From the NCBI GenBank assembly GCA_051531975.1, contig JAOPTT010000006.1, positions 526,977 through 590,976 of the forward strand: DNA of 64,000 nucleotides. Direction: 5' to 3'. Below are positions 19,992-30,474 of this stretch, piece after piece; the first letter of the stretch is position 1, and every line of letters starts with the position of its first letter. This DNA comes from Spirochaetaceae bacterium (GTDB lineage: Bacteria; Spirochaetota; Spirochaetia; DSM-2461). Under the pieces are notes generated by a model that saw only the letters and a program-made list of their open reading frames with translations, was not told the DNA's origin and searched no databases. The position numbers and the translations under genes are program-made.

Positions 19992-20973
19992 ATTTCAAGA
20001 ACCTCTGTTTTTAATAATAATTCCAATAATTATTGTTATAACTATATTACAACTAAGAAAGAAAAAAAGCAGTGGTATAGGGTTTTCTCAATTAACAATA
20101 TTAAAATTAGCTGCAAAAAGAAATAAACTAACAAATCTACCCTATCTTCTTAGAACATTAAGCTTAATATTTTTAACTTTATCATTATCTGGACCAATAA
20201 AAGAAAACTCAATAGAAGATAATAATGCAAGTGGTATAGATATTATTATTGCACTAGATGTATCAGGTAGTATGGATGGTTTAGACTTCTCTACAAAATT
20301 AAAAAAACAAACTAGATTAGATGCTGTTAAAGTTGTTGTTAAAGAATTTATTGAGAGTAGACCAAACGATAGAATTGGTGTTGTTGCCTTTGCAGGAGGA
20401 CCATACCTTGCAAGTCCATTAACTCTTGATCATGGTTGGTTATTTAAACGATTAGAGCTTTTAAACACAGGTATGATAGAAGGTGGAACTGCCATTGGAT
20501 CAGCAATTGCTTCTGCATCAAATAGTTTAAACCGAGTTGAAAGTAAATCTAAAATCATCATATTGTTAACTGATGGTGAGAATAATAGCGGAACTATAGA
20601 ACCAACACAAGCAGCTGAAGCTGCTGCAGCACTAGATATAAAGATCTATACTGTTGGTGCTGGAAAAGAAGGTCAGGCTCCATATGAAGTTAAAGGCTTT
20701 TTTGGAAGTGAAATTCAATATGTTGATGTAAAAATAGACGAAGAGATGTTAACAAATGTTGCTACTACCACAGGTGGTACTTATTTTCGAGCTAAAGATA
20801 TTAAATCATTAAAAGGAGTTTATGATCAGATAAACAAAATGGAAACAACAACTAGAGTTGCAAATAAATCTATTTTATATAAATACTATTTTATGATTCC
20901 ACTAATTATAGGTTTAGCTTTTTTAATACTAGAAATTATCTTAACTTCCTCAAAATTAAGGAGAGTTTATTAA
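19984..20973 (+). CDS. batA: BatA-like VWA-domain membrane protein
   Basis: N-terminal BatA-type TM; MIDAS motif DVSGS; DRIGVVAF, SPLTLDH, GTAIGSAI and LLTDGENN. Confidence 0.88.
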   Translation: MLKFQEPLFLIIIPIIIVITILQLRKKKSSGIGFSQLTILKLAAKRNKLTNLPYLLRTLSLIFLTLSLSGPIKENSIEDNNASGIDIIIALDVSGSMDGLDFSTKLKKQTRLDAVKVVVKEFIESRPNDRIGVVAFAGGPYLASPLTLDHGWLFKRLELLNTGMIEGGTAIGSAIASASNSLNRVESKSKIIILLTDGENNSGTIEPTQAAEAAAALDIKIYTVGAGKEGQAPYEVKGFFGSEIQYVDVKIDEEMLTNVATTTGGTYFRAKDIKSLKGVYDQINKMETTTRVANKSILYKYYFMIPLIIGLAFLILEIILTSSKLRRVY

Positions 20974-22553
20974 TGGAATTTCAATACCCTTTATTACTAC
21001 TATTATTACCACTGTTTTTAATCTCATATATACCTGTTTCTATCTGGAAAGAGAAAAAAAATAATAAAAACTTAAAACTGTTTATTGGAAATAATAGTAA
21101 AAATTTATTACCAACCATAAATAATAAAATAAAAATCATTAAATATATTCTTCTGTTTTCATCAATAATTTTATTAATTATATCTTTAGCAAGGCCACAA
21201 AAAGGTTTCATTTGGCAAGAGGCAACAACTAGTGGAATAGATATTGTAATTGCTATAGATACATCAAAAAGTATGGAAGCAATAGATGTAACCCCAAATA
21301 GATTAACTAGAGCTAAAATGGCATTATTAGAACTTAGCAGCCAATTAAATGGCGATAGAATTGCATTAATACCATTTGCAGGTTCATCATTTGTGATGAC
21401 TCCATTTACTGCTGATTATAATATATTTAATCAAAGTGTATCTTCAATAAATACTCAGATTATACCAAAGGGTGGAACAAATATTAAAAGTGCTATCTCT
21501 AGCTCAGAGGAACTGTTTAAAGATAAAAATTCACATAAAATATTAATTCTTGTCACAGATGGTGAAGATTTAGCAAATAAAGGAATAGAAGAAGCTAAAA
21601 GAGTTGCAGATTTAGGAGTTCAAATTTTTACAGTTGGGGTTGGGACAAAAGATGGTGAATTAATTCCAGACCCATCTAAAAAAGGACAATATCTTAGAGA
21701 TAAAAAAGGTAATGTTGTTAAATCAAGGTTAGATGAAAATTCTTTAATTCAAATAGCCAAATCAACTAATGGTGATTATAGACATATTTCTTCAAGTGGA
21801 AATGGAATTCTAGAAATTTACCAAGAAAAACTTTATGAACTAGAACAACTCGATAAAAGTGAACAACGTAGTAGAATACCAATAGATTTTTACAGATGGT
21901 TTTTACTACCAGCAATCATTTTATTATTATTAGAGTTTTTAATAGTTAATATAAAAACAAAAAAAATAAATAAAAAAACTATATTAACATCGCTATTACT
22001 TTTAAACATGACTGGTCTTTTCTCAACTCCTGCTGATGATGCATTTAAAAAAGGGGATATAGATAAAGCTATCTCTTTATATCAGAAGGAGAAAAAAACT
22101 CCAGAAACTCTGTACAATCTTGGAACAGCTTATTATATAAAAAATGATTTTGTCTCTGCTGTAACTCAGTACCAGGATGGACTTGAAAAAGCTAATGCAG
22201 ATTTACAAAGTAGAATTTTATTTAATTTAGGAAATAGTTTATACAGAGTAAGTGAACAAACTGAAGAGATGTCAGAAAAAATTGACCTTTTAAAAGCATC
22301 CTTAGAAAGTTACAAAGGCTCTTTAGCTTTAAAAAACAGGGATAAAAAGGTTCAAAAAAACCATGATTTTATAAAAAATATCTTAGATCAAATAGAACAG
22401 AATCAAGATGAACAAAAACAAACTGATGAATCTATAACTGAAGAAATGACAAAAGAAGAGGCTGAAGCTCTGTTAAAAGCACTAGAAGGTGAAGAAGTTG
22501 ACCTGAAATATATATTAAACAGTGACGATAACACATATAGTGGTGAATGGTAA
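20973..22553 (+). CDS. BatB-BatC-like fusion (VWA domain plus TPR repeats)
   Basis: MIDAS motif DTSKS and LVTDGED; a TM helix; then TPRs (YNLGTAYY, FNLGNSLY) and a BatC-like tail EEAEALLKAL...W. Confidence 0.85.
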   Translation: MEFQYPLLLLLLPLFLISYIPVSIWKEKKNNKNLKLFIGNNSKNLLPTINNKIKIIKYILLFSSIILLIISLARPQKGFIWQEATTSGIDIVIAIDTSKSMEAIDVTPNRLTRAKMALLELSSQLNGDRIALIPFAGSSFVMTPFTADYNIFNQSVSSINTQIIPKGGTNIKSAISSSEELFKDKNSHKILILVTDGEDLANKGIEEAKRVADLGVQIFTVGVGTKDGELIPDPSKKGQYLRDKKGNVVKSRLDENSLIQIAKSTNGDYRHISSSGNGILEIYQEKLYELEQLDKSEQRSRIPIDFYRWFLLPAIILLLLEFLIVNIKTKKINKKTILTSLLLLNMTGLFSTPADDAFKKGDIDKAISLYQKEKKTPETLYNLGTAYYIKNDFVSAVTQYQDGLEKANADLQSRILFNLGNSLYRVSEQTEEMSEKIDLLKASLESYKGSLALKNRDKKVQKNHDFIKNILDQIEQNQDEQKQTDESITEEMTKEEAEALLKALEGEEVDLKYILNSDDNTYSGEW

Positions 22554-22563
22554 AAGGAAAAAG

Positions 22564-24231
22564 ATGAAAAAATTAACGCTAACAATCATACTTTTAACTA
22601 TTTTAAATAGTTTATATTCCCAAACGATAGATATTGAAATTCAAAACCCATATATTTCTCTTGGAGAATGGACAACATTAAAAGTTACTGCATCAGGTGA
22701 TATTAAAAGTATTAACTATAGTGACCCAGTTGGAATGACAATAACTCAGATAGGAAACAACAGTTCTATTAGTACATTTAATGGAAAAAAAACTACAAGT
22801 TATATATTAAGCTTTAGAATTAAACCTCTAAAAAAGGGAGAGCTATTAATACCGACATTTTATATCGAAAATTCAAACGATGAAATGATTTCAAGTATTA
22901 AAACTAAACTTTACGTTAATGAAAAAAAACAGGATTCTCCAAGTAATCACAACTATTATAGCTCTTTTGAATCTGAATTTGTAAAACTATATATAGATCT
23001 ACCAGAAAGAAACTTATATGTAGGAGAAGCAGTTCCAGTAAAAATGACCGCATATTTTTCTACAAAATATCAACCTAGAATTGAGAGACACCCATATATG
23101 AAGACTGGTTCTTTTTTATTAGATACAGGAGAAAATTATACCAATGATCAACCAGAAGTTCTTATTGATGGAGAAAAATGGATACAAATTGAATGGAACA
23201 GCCATTTAACACCACTTAAAGCTGGAGAATTAGATCTTGAGATAGTTTTTGATAGTTACATTGAAATCCCATCAGGGAATTCAGGGTTCTTTTCATCATC
23301 AAAAAGGGAAGAATTTAAAACTTCGACAGAACTTCAAACAGTGGATATAAAAACTTTACCTTCGATAAATAAGCCAATTGGATTTACTGGTGCAATTGGA
23401 AATTTTTCTATGGATAGTAGTTTAACTCCTTTAGATGCACAAGTTGGGGATCCTTTAACTTTAACTTTTGATATTTATGGTCAAGGTAATTTCCAAAGGA
23501 TAACTATGCCCCAAATAACTTCAGATTTAATAAACTGGAAATTATATCCTGAAACTTCAACATATAAAGGGTCAAACAAATCAAATTTCATGGGAATAAA
23601 AAGTTTTCAACAAATTCTTTCACCTACAAGCATAGACATCAACAGTTCCCCTACTTTGGATTTCTCATATTTTGATCCTGAAAAAGAGAAATACATTATA
23701 CTAAAAAATGAAATATTACCTCTGAATATTACACCTGGAACTTTTCAGGATAAAGAAATCTCTGAAAAACTTAACGAAAACTTCAAAGAAATGAAGCAAG
23801 AGATGAGACATAAAAAAAGTAGTAAAACTACAAATTTCTCATCAATTATTGGTACACCTATATATTCAATATTAACAATAATTTCTTCAATTTTTATATC
23901 ATTGTCTATTATATTTCAGTTATTATTATACAGGAAAAAAAGGCCTGTGGATAAAACATCAAAAGAGCAAAGGTCATTATTAAGTCAAATAAAGAAATGT
24001 GAAAATGAAGAGAATTTTACTCAGGCACTAGAACTATACACAACAATAATTAAGAAATCCATATCATCCAAAAGAAATATAAACTCAGATTCAATAGCTT
24101 CTTCAGATTTAAAAAACAATGTATTAAAGAAAGTATTACAAAAATCAGAAGAAATTAAATATTCAAATAAAAGTATAAAATCTACTGAATATATAAAAAT
24201 CACCGATCAAATTATGGAGCAGTTAAAATGA
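22564..24231 (+). CDS. batD: BatD-family protein
   Basis: Signal peptide from ATG 22564; LYVGEAV, FTGAIGNF, VGDPLTL, GQGNF and FSYFDP motifs; C-terminal TM. Confidence 0.85.
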   Translation: MKKLTLTIILLTILNSLYSQTIDIEIQNPYISLGEWTTLKVTASGDIKSINYSDPVGMTITQIGNNSSISTFNGKKTTSYILSFRIKPLKKGELLIPTFYIENSNDEMISSIKTKLYVNEKKQDSPSNHNYYSSFESEFVKLYIDLPERNLYVGEAVPVKMTAYFSTKYQPRIERHPYMKTGSFLLDTGENYTNDQPEVLIDGEKWIQIEWNSHLTPLKAGELDLEIVFDSYIEIPSGNSGFFSSSKREEFKTSTELQTVDIKTLPSINKPIGFTGAIGNFSMDSSLTPLDAQVGDPLTLTFDIYGQGNFQRITMPQITSDLINWKLYPETSTYKGSNKSNFMGIKSFQQILSPTSIDINSSPTLDFSYFDPEKEKYIILKNEILPLNITPGTFQDKEISEKLNENFKEMKQEMRHKKSSKTTNFSSIIGTPIYSILTIISSIFISLSIIFQLLLYRKKRPVDKTSKEQRSLLSQIKKCENEENFTQALELYTTIIKKSISSKRNINSDSIASSDLKNNVLKKVLQKSEEIKYSNKSIKSTEYIKITDQIMEQLK

Positions 24232-24947
24232 CAAAAAAAATAGTATTGATTATACTGTTTCTAATGACAGCAAAAATTTACTCAAACTCATTCCAAAGAG
24301 GAAACTTAGAGTTTACTAATAAAAATTATAGTGTTGCAATTGAATCATATCTTGAAGATATTAAAAAAAATGGAAACAACCAAAATACTCTTTTTAACCT
24401 AGGAAATTCTTATATAAAATTAGATAAATATGGGGAAGCCCTATCTGTTTTATATAAAGCAAGACTTTTATATCCTAGAGATGCTAATATAAATTTACTA
24501 ATTAAAGAGATAGAAGAAGACCTTAACCTCGAGAATCAATTTAAAAGATTCAAAATAATTTCTTTCCGAGAAAACTGGATACTAACACTTATACTTCTAA
24601 CTTGTTTATCATTTATATTGTTTATAATAAGTTATTTATCTTATACAAAACAACGAAACTTTCTTCTATTTCGACTTAGAAAAGCAGCTATAATTATATT
24701 CTTAATTTTATTACTAGTCTCTATTACAGGTAATATCATAGATAACTCAGGAAAAAAAGCTGCTATTGTATTAGTTACATCAGAAATACTTATATCCCCA
24801 TATGTAGGTAGTGAACAGAGCTATAAAGCAAAAGAAGGTATAAAAGTTACTATAATAGATGAATTTGAAAACTTCTACAGTATAATTGAAGCTGATGGTA
24901 AATATGGTTGGATTGAAAAAGATAAGTTAGGTATCTTATGGAAGTAA
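24228..24947 (+). CDS. batE: BatE-like TPR plus SH3-like protein
   Basis: FNLGNSYIK TPR, two TM helices and a C-terminal EGIKV...GKYGWI SH3-like segment. Confidence 0.8.
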   Translation: MTKKIVLIILFLMTAKIYSNSFQRGNLEFTNKNYSVAIESYLEDIKKNGNNQNTLFNLGNSYIKLDKYGEALSVLYKARLLYPRDANINLLIKEIEEDLNLENQFKRFKIISFRENWILTLILLTCLSFILFIISYLSYTKQRNFLLFRLRKAAIIIFLILLLVSITGNIIDNSGKKAAIVLVTSEILISPYVGSEQSYKAKEGIKVTIIDEFENFYSIIEADGKYGWIEKDKLGILWK

Positions 24948-25522
24948 TAACTTTAGGTTCTAAATCTCCTAGAAGATTAGAACTGCTTAAAAGGTTGGAT
25001 TACAAAGTTGTTGTAAAACCACCAAAGATTAAAGAAGAGATGGATCTAAACTTATCAGTTGAAGAAAATGCAATAAAAATATCTATGGATAAACTTAATT
25101 ATATTAAAAAACATAACCCAGATGATAAATGGATATTAACTGCCGATACTTTTATCGTTTATAATAATAAAACACTTGGAAAACCTATAGATAGAACAGA
25201 TGCATTTAATATGCTTAAACTGCTATCTGGAAAAAGACATAAAGTTTTGACAGGTATCTGTATCTACTCAAAGATTCAAAACAAAATATTAACAGATGTA
25301 GATGTTACAGAGGTGCATTTTAAAAAAATTACAGATGCTCAAATAAATGATTATTTAAGTTATAACGAGTGGCAAGATGCAGCAGGAAGTTATCAGATAC
25401 AAAACAGAGGTGAAATTTTAGTACAGTATATAAATGGCTCATTCTCATCAGTTATGGGGTTGCCAATAAGCCGTATTTATGGCATGTTTACAACATTAAA
25501 TTTTAATAATCCGGTAATCTAA
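24938..25522 (+). CDS. maf: Maf-family nucleoside triphosphate pyrophosphatase
   Basis: LGSKSPRRLELL, LTADT, LGKP, LSGKRHKVLTG, AGSYQIQ and VMGLP. Confidence 0.92.
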   Translation: MEVITLGSKSPRRLELLKRLDYKVVVKPPKIKEEMDLNLSVEENAIKISMDKLNYIKKHNPDDKWILTADTFIVYNNKTLGKPIDRTDAFNMLKLLSGKRHKVLTGICIYSKIQNKILTDVDVTEVHFKKITDAQINDYLSYNEWQDAAGSYQIQNRGEILVQYINGSFSSVMGLPISRIYGMFTTLNFNNPVI

Positions 25523-25571
25523 TTACTGAGAAAAAAGCGAAGGGTGCTTATTTAAGCAAGGGAGGCCAATT

Positions 25572-26357
25572 ATGGCAGTAGTAACAATGAAAAACCTATT
25601 AGAATCAGGTGTTCACTTTGGACATCAGACAAAAAGATGGGAACCAAAAATGAAAAAGTATATCTTTACATCAAGAAACGGTATACATATCATTGATTTA
25701 CAAAAGACAATCGTAGCTATCAAAGACGCTTACGATGCAGTTAGAAAAGTATCTTTACAAGGTAAATCTGTACTTTTCGTAGGTACAAAAAAACAAGCTC
25801 AAGGTGCAATTAAATCAGAAGCAGAGCGTTGTGAAATGTATTACGTGAACCAGAGATGGCCAGGTGGAATGTTAACAAACTTTTCTACAATCAAAAAGTC
25901 ACTTCATAGACTTAAAAAAATTGAAAAAATGGAAATTGATGGTACATTTGATGCACTTACTAAAAAAGAGGTTTCTAAATTAGTTAAAGAACAAACTAAA
26001 TTAGAGAGAACTTTAGGTGGAATCAAAGAAATGAAAGATCTTCCTGGTATTCTTTTTGTAGTTGATACAAAAAAAGAAGCTATTGCTGTAGCTGAAGCCA
26101 GAAAACTACACATACCTATAGTTGCAGTTGTTGATACTAACTGTAGCCCAGAAGGAATCGACTACCCTATTCCTGGAAACGACGATGCAATTAGAGCAAT
26201 TAGTTTATTTACTTCTGTAGTAGCAAATGCTGTTATTGAAGCAGAAAACGAAACTGGTTTAAGAGTTATTGAAACTTTACAAGAAGAAGAAGCTGAAGAA
26301 AAATTAAGAGCTGAACAAGCTGCTGCTGCAGCTGCTGCTCAACCAGGAGAAGCGTAA
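25572..26357 (+). CDS. rpsB: 30S ribosomal protein S2
   Basis: [30 protein letters not shown] and [10 protein letters not shown]. Confidence 0.98.
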   Translation: MAVVTMKNLLESGVHFGHQTKRWEPKMKKYIFTSRNGIHIIDLQKTIVAIKDAYDAVRKVSLQGKSVLFVGTKKQAQGAIKSEAERCEMYYVNQRWPGGMLTNFSTIKKSLHRLKKIEKMEIDGTFDALTKKEVSKLVKEQTKLERTLGGIKEMKDLPGILFVVDTKKEAIAVAEARKLHIPIVAVVDTNCSPEGIDYPIPGNDDAIRAISLFTSVVANAVIEAENETGLRVIETLQEEEAEEKLRAEQAAAAAAAQPGEA

Positions 26358-27181
26358 TGGCAGTATCACCACAAGATGTTAAAAAACTACGTGAAGCTAC
26401 TGGTGCAGGAATGCTTGATTGTAAAAAAGCATTAATTGCTGTAGATGGTGATTTTAAAGCTGCTGAGAAGCACTTAAAAGAACAAGGTCTTGCAAATGCC
26501 GGTAACAGAAGTGATAGAGCAACTAACGAAGGTGGAGTGTTCACTAAAGTTACTGCTGACAAAGCTATTTTAATTCAAATAACTTGTGAAACTGACTTTG
26601 TTGCTAAGAATGACAAATTCAAAGAAGCTGGTGAAACTGTATTAAATGCAATTGTTGCTAAAGGTTTTACAGAACCAAACGAAGAGTTATCTGACCTTTT
26701 AAAAGAGTATATTGCTATACTAAAAGAAAATATGGTTTTAAAAACTGTAATTGTAATGGACATTGCTTCTGATGAAGTTGTTGTTGATTATGTACACAGT
26801 GGTTTAGTAGCTGTATTAACTAAAGTTAAAACTAGTGATATTGCAAATGCTGCAGTTAAAGCTTTTGCTTTTGATTGTGCTTTACATGTTGCAGCTTTCC
26901 AACCAATGTACTTTGATAGAACAAAAGTTGATGCTGAATACTTAAAAGAACAAGAAGATATTTTTGTAACACAAACTGCTAACTTAGGTAAGCCTGAAAA
27001 AATTGTTGCAGGAATCGTTAAAGGTAAAGTAAACAAGCACCTTGCACAAATTTGTTTTGTTGATCAGAAGTTTGTTAAAAATGACAAGATTTCAGTTGCT
27101 GCGGCAGCAAAAGAAGTTGCTAAGGAAGCTGGAATTACAGTTGAATTAGTTGATTATGCTCTTGCAGTTGTAGGTAAATAA
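26357..27181 (+). CDS. tsf: Translation elongation factor Ts
   Basis: VKKLREATGAGMLDCKKAL and CETDFVAKN. Confidence 0.98.
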   Translation: MAVSPQDVKKLREATGAGMLDCKKALIAVDGDFKAAEKHLKEQGLANAGNRSDRATNEGGVFTKVTADKAILIQITCETDFVAKNDKFKEAGETVLNAIVAKGFTEPNEELSDLLKEYIAILKENMVLKTVIVMDIASDEVVVDYVHSGLVAVLTKVKTSDIANAAVKAFAFDCALHVAAFQPMYFDRTKVDAEYLKEQEDIFVTQTANLGKPEKIVAGIVKGKVNKHLAQICFVDQKFVKNDKISVAAAAKEVAKEAGITVELVDYALAVVGK

Positions 27182-27192
27182 TATTAATACTT

Positions 27193-27221
27193 CAGGCTAT
27201 CATTATTGATAGCCTGTTTTT
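27193..27221 (+). terminator. Rho-independent terminator after tsf
   Basis: CAGGCTATCA-TTAT-TGATAGCCTG followed by TTTTT. Confidence 0.85.
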
Positions 27222-27238
27222 ATAAAAAGGAATAGAAA

Positions 27239-27781
27239 ATGGATAGTATAAACGCTAGTGCTGAACAAAAGATGAAAAAAAGTATTTCTGCACTTAAAAA
27301 TGAATATAATTCAATCAGAACAGGACGAGCTTCAGCTTCAATTTTTGATAAAATAAAAGTTGATTATTATGGTGCTCCAACACCTTTGAATCAGTTGGCA
27401 ACTATCAGTATTCCTGAAGCTAGATTAATAGTAATTCAGCCTTTTGATAAAAACTCATTAAATGAAATAGAAAGATCAATTTTTGCCTCAGACTTAGGTT
27501 TAACACCTGGAAATGATGGGAAAGTTATTAGAATAAATATTCCACCACTAACTGAAGATCGTAGAAAAGAGTTAGTAAAACAAGCAAAAAGTATTGGTGA
27601 GAATGCAAAGATTGGAATAAGAAATATTAGAAGAGATTCTAATGACCTAATTAAGAAGGGTGATTTTTCTGATGATGCTAAGAAAGATGGTCAAGTTGAA
27701 ATACAAGAAGTAACTGATAAATATATTAAACAAGTTGATGTTGTCTTTAAAGAAAAAGAAAAAGAGATAATGGAAGTTTAA
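27239..27781 (+). CDS. frr: Ribosome recycling factor
   Basis: IRTGRAS, VDYYGAPTPLNQLA, PPLTEDRRKELVK and IRNIRRD. Confidence 0.97.
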   Translation: MDSINASAEQKMKKSISALKNEYNSIRTGRASASIFDKIKVDYYGAPTPLNQLATISIPEARLIVIQPFDKNSLNEIERSIFASDLGLTPGNDGKVIRINIPPLTEDRRKELVKQAKSIGENAKIGIRNIRRDSNDLIKKGDFSDDAKKDGQVEIQEVTDKYIKQVDVVFKEKEKEIMEV

Positions 27782-28488
27782 TGCAGAAGAGTTCAACTCT
27801 TCCATCCCATATAGGTTTTATTATGGATGGTAACGGTCGATGGGCAAAAGAAAAGGGTCTGATAAGAACAAAAGGACACCAAGAAGGCCTTGAGACCGCT
27901 AAAAAAATAATCAAATACGCATCTGATATTGGTATAGAATTTGTATCGTTATATGCCTTTTCAACAGAAAACTGGAAAAGGGCTGAAGAAGAAGTATCTT
28001 TTTTAATGTTATTAATTAAAAAACATCTTAAAAAAGAGTATAATTTTTATAGAGAAAATCAGATTAAAGTTGTTCATAGTGGCGACTTAGATGGACTTCC
28101 TAAAGATGTCCAATATGAGATAACCACAGCTATAAACGATACAAAAGATTTTACAGGTTTAACTGTAAATCTTTTGATTAATTATGGCGGAAGAGATGAA
28201 ATTACAAGAGCTGTTAATAAAATTTTAAATGATAAAAGTATTAAAAAAATAACTGAAAGTGATATAACTAATAATTTGGACAATCCATTAATTCCAGATG
28301 TGGACTTAATGATTAGAAGTAGCGGAGAAGAGAGATTGAGTAACTTTTTACTTTGGCAATGTGCATATTCGGAGTTTTATTATTCTAATGTATTATGGCC
28401 AGATTTTTCAGTAGAAGATCTTAATGTTGCTATTGATGCTTATAAAAATAGAAATAGAAAATTTGGTGGTTTAAATGATAAAAAATAA
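27781..28488 (+). CDS. uppS: Polyprenyl (undecaprenyl) diphosphate synthase
   Basis: HIGFIMDGNGRWA, YAFSTENWKR, NYGGRDEI and RSSGEERLSNFLLWQ. Confidence 0.97.
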   Translation: MQKSSTLPSHIGFIMDGNGRWAKEKGLIRTKGHQEGLETAKKIIKYASDIGIEFVSLYAFSTENWKRAEEEVSFLMLLIKKHLKKEYNFYRENQIKVVHSGDLDGLPKDVQYEITTAINDTKDFTGLTVNLLINYGGRDEITRAVNKILNDKSIKKITESDITNNLDNPLIPDVDLMIRSSGEERLSNFLLWQCAYSEFYYSNVLWPDFSVEDLNVAIDAYKNRNRKFGGLNDKK

Positions 28489-29338
28489 TGTAATTCAGCG
28501 TGTAGTACTTTTTTGTGGGGCAATCCCAGTAATAATAGCAGCAATATTTTTATTACCACAACAATCACATCTTTTTTTTAACACTGCGGCTATAATAACT
28601 AGTTTTATAGCATCTAAAGAACTTATTTCAATGTTTAAATTTAAAGGTATTAAGCTAAACTCTGTGCTACTACCCTATTTAAGTATTCCACTACCATTAG
28701 CTTCATATATTATGGTTAGATTTGGTATTAATTACGATCTTTTCTCAATTGTATTAACTTCTCTAATTATATTTATTCTTCTTATTTCAATCTCAACAAA
28801 AAAGAGTGAAAATGATTTTTCAAATAATATAACTTTTATTTCTACATCAATGTTTGTGGTAGTTTATCCTAGTTATTTTATATCTTATATAGTTAGATTT
28901 TCTGAATTTCAGAGTTCTAGTTTAGTTATCTGTTACTTTATTTTAATTGTTTTCATGAATGATTCAGGTGCATGGTTATTAGGTGTGCTTTTTGGAAAAA
29001 ATAACAGAGGCGTTGTAAAAGTAAGTATGAATAAAAGTATTATGGGATTTGTTGGTGGTACTATAGGTACATTTCTTTTTATGGGAATAGCTAGAAACTT
29101 TATCCCAGAAATATCGTCAATGCCAATTTATATCTACATAATATTATCTGCAATTTTAGCTTTAGTAACAATAACAGGTGATTTAGTTGAATCTGCAATA
29201 AAAAGAAGTGCAAAAGTAAAAGACTCAGGTAATGTGATAATGGGTCGAGGTGGACTTTTAGATTCCATTGATTCTTTACTATTAGCTGCACCAATTTTTT
29301 ATTATATTATTAAAACTTATGCTGAAAAAGGTATGTAA
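28475..29338 (+). CDS. cdsA: Phosphatidate cytidylyltransferase
   Basis: GDLVESAIKRSAKVKDSG...GRGGLLDSIDS; multiple TM helices. Confidence 0.95.
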   Translation: MIKNNVIQRVVLFCGAIPVIIAAIFLLPQQSHLFFNTAAIITSFIASKELISMFKFKGIKLNSVLLPYLSIPLPLASYIMVRFGINYDLFSIVLTSLIIFILLISISTKKSENDFSNNITFISTSMFVVVYPSYFISYIVRFSEFQSSSLVICYFILIVFMNDSGAWLLGVLFGKNNRGVVKVSMNKSIMGFVGGTIGTFLFMGIARNFIPEISSMPIYIYIILSAILALVTITGDLVESAIKRSAKVKDSGNVIMGRGGLLDSIDSLLLAAPIFYYIIKTYAEKGM

Positions 29339-30474
29339 TGAAAAAAATATTTCTACTCGGTGCAACAGGTTCAATAGGAAAAAGTACAATTGATATAGTT
29401 GATGATTTCCCAGATAAGCTTCAGTTAGTAGGATTATCTGCTCACTATAATGATTTAAAACTATCACAATTAGGATTAAAATATAATATTAATGATTTAG
29501 TTTTAACTGGTTCCGAAAGTTCTGATTATTCAAATATATGCGATTTTGGTTTAGATTCATTATTAAAAAAAATTAAAGAAAGTAAAGCTGATATTGTTGT
29601 TAATGGAATAGCTGGTTCAAGTGGATTATTACCTTCTATAATGACAATTGAAAGTGGTAAAGACTTAGCGTTAGCAAACAAAGAAACAATGGTTATGGCT
29701 GGTCCTATAATTAACGAATTGGCATCAAAACATGAAGTAAAACTACTTCCTGTTGATTCAGAACATTCTGCGATATTTCATCTTTTAGAAAACTGTAAAC
29801 CAGAAGAACTAGATGAAATTATTTTAACTGCATCAGGTGGAGCATTTAGAGATAAAAGTATAGATGAGCTTAAAAATGTTACTTTACAAGATGCTTTGAA
29901 ACATCCAACCTGGGATATGGGTGAAAAAATAACTATAGATTCTGCTTCTATGGCTAATAAAGGGTTAGAAGTAATTGAAGCTGCTATGTTATTTGATATA
30001 GATATTGATAAAATAAAAGTTTTAATTCATCCTCAAAGCTATATCCATTCGTTAATAAGAAAAAAAGATAACTCCATGTATGCCCAAATTAGTGCTCCTG
30101 ATATGAAATTACCAATTCAGAATGCAATATTTTACCCTAATATGGAAAGAGTTAGTTCAGCATATTTAGATCTGATCAATAAGGAACTTACATTTTTAGA
30201 ACCAGATTTAAAAAAATATAAAATGTTAGAATTAGCATATACATCTCTAAAACTTGGAAATGCTTATACCATTGCATATAATGCTGCAAATGAAGTTTTA
30301 GTTGAAGCATTTGTTAATAATGAAATAAAGTTTTTAGATATCCCTAATATTACTGAGATAATTTTACAGCAGAATATAACAATTAAACCAACTACTATTG
30401 ATAATATTATAAAAATTGATACAGATGTAAGAAAAGAAACATTAACTCAAATAAGGAAACATTTTGATAATTAG
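29338..30474 (+). CDS. dxr: 1-deoxy-D-xylulose-5-phosphate reductoisomerase
   Basis: LGATGSIG, LANKE, PVDSEHSAIF and HPTWDMGEKITIDSA. Confidence 0.97.
   Translation: MKKIFLLGATGSIGKSTIDIVDDFPDKLQLVGLSAHYNDLKLSQLGLKYNINDLVLTGSESSDYSNICDFGLDSLLKKIKESKADIVVNGIAGSSGLLPSIMTIESGKDLALANKETMVMAGPIINELASKHEVKLLPVDSEHSAIFHLLENCKPEELDEIILTASGGAFRDKSIDELKNVTLQDALKHPTWDMGEKITIDSASMANKGLEVIEAAMLFDIDIDKIKVLIHPQSYIHSLIRKKDNSMYAQISAPDMKLPIQNAIFYPNMERVSSAYLDLINKELTFLEPDLKKYKMLELAYTSLKLGNAYTIAYNAANEVLVEAFVNNEIKFLDIPNITEIILQQNITIKPTTIDNIIKIDTDVRKETLTQIRKHFDN

Noticed and set aside
26280..26350. GCT/GCA-rich run at the end of rpsB (and the Asn/Gly-rich SSB linker)
   Set aside because: These are ordinary low-complexity protein tails or linkers, not DNA repeat elements.
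27182..27238. pyrH missing between tsf and frr
   Set aside because: The tsf-frr adjacency is the usual spirochaete arrangement, and no pseudogene remnant is visible in the 57-bp gap.
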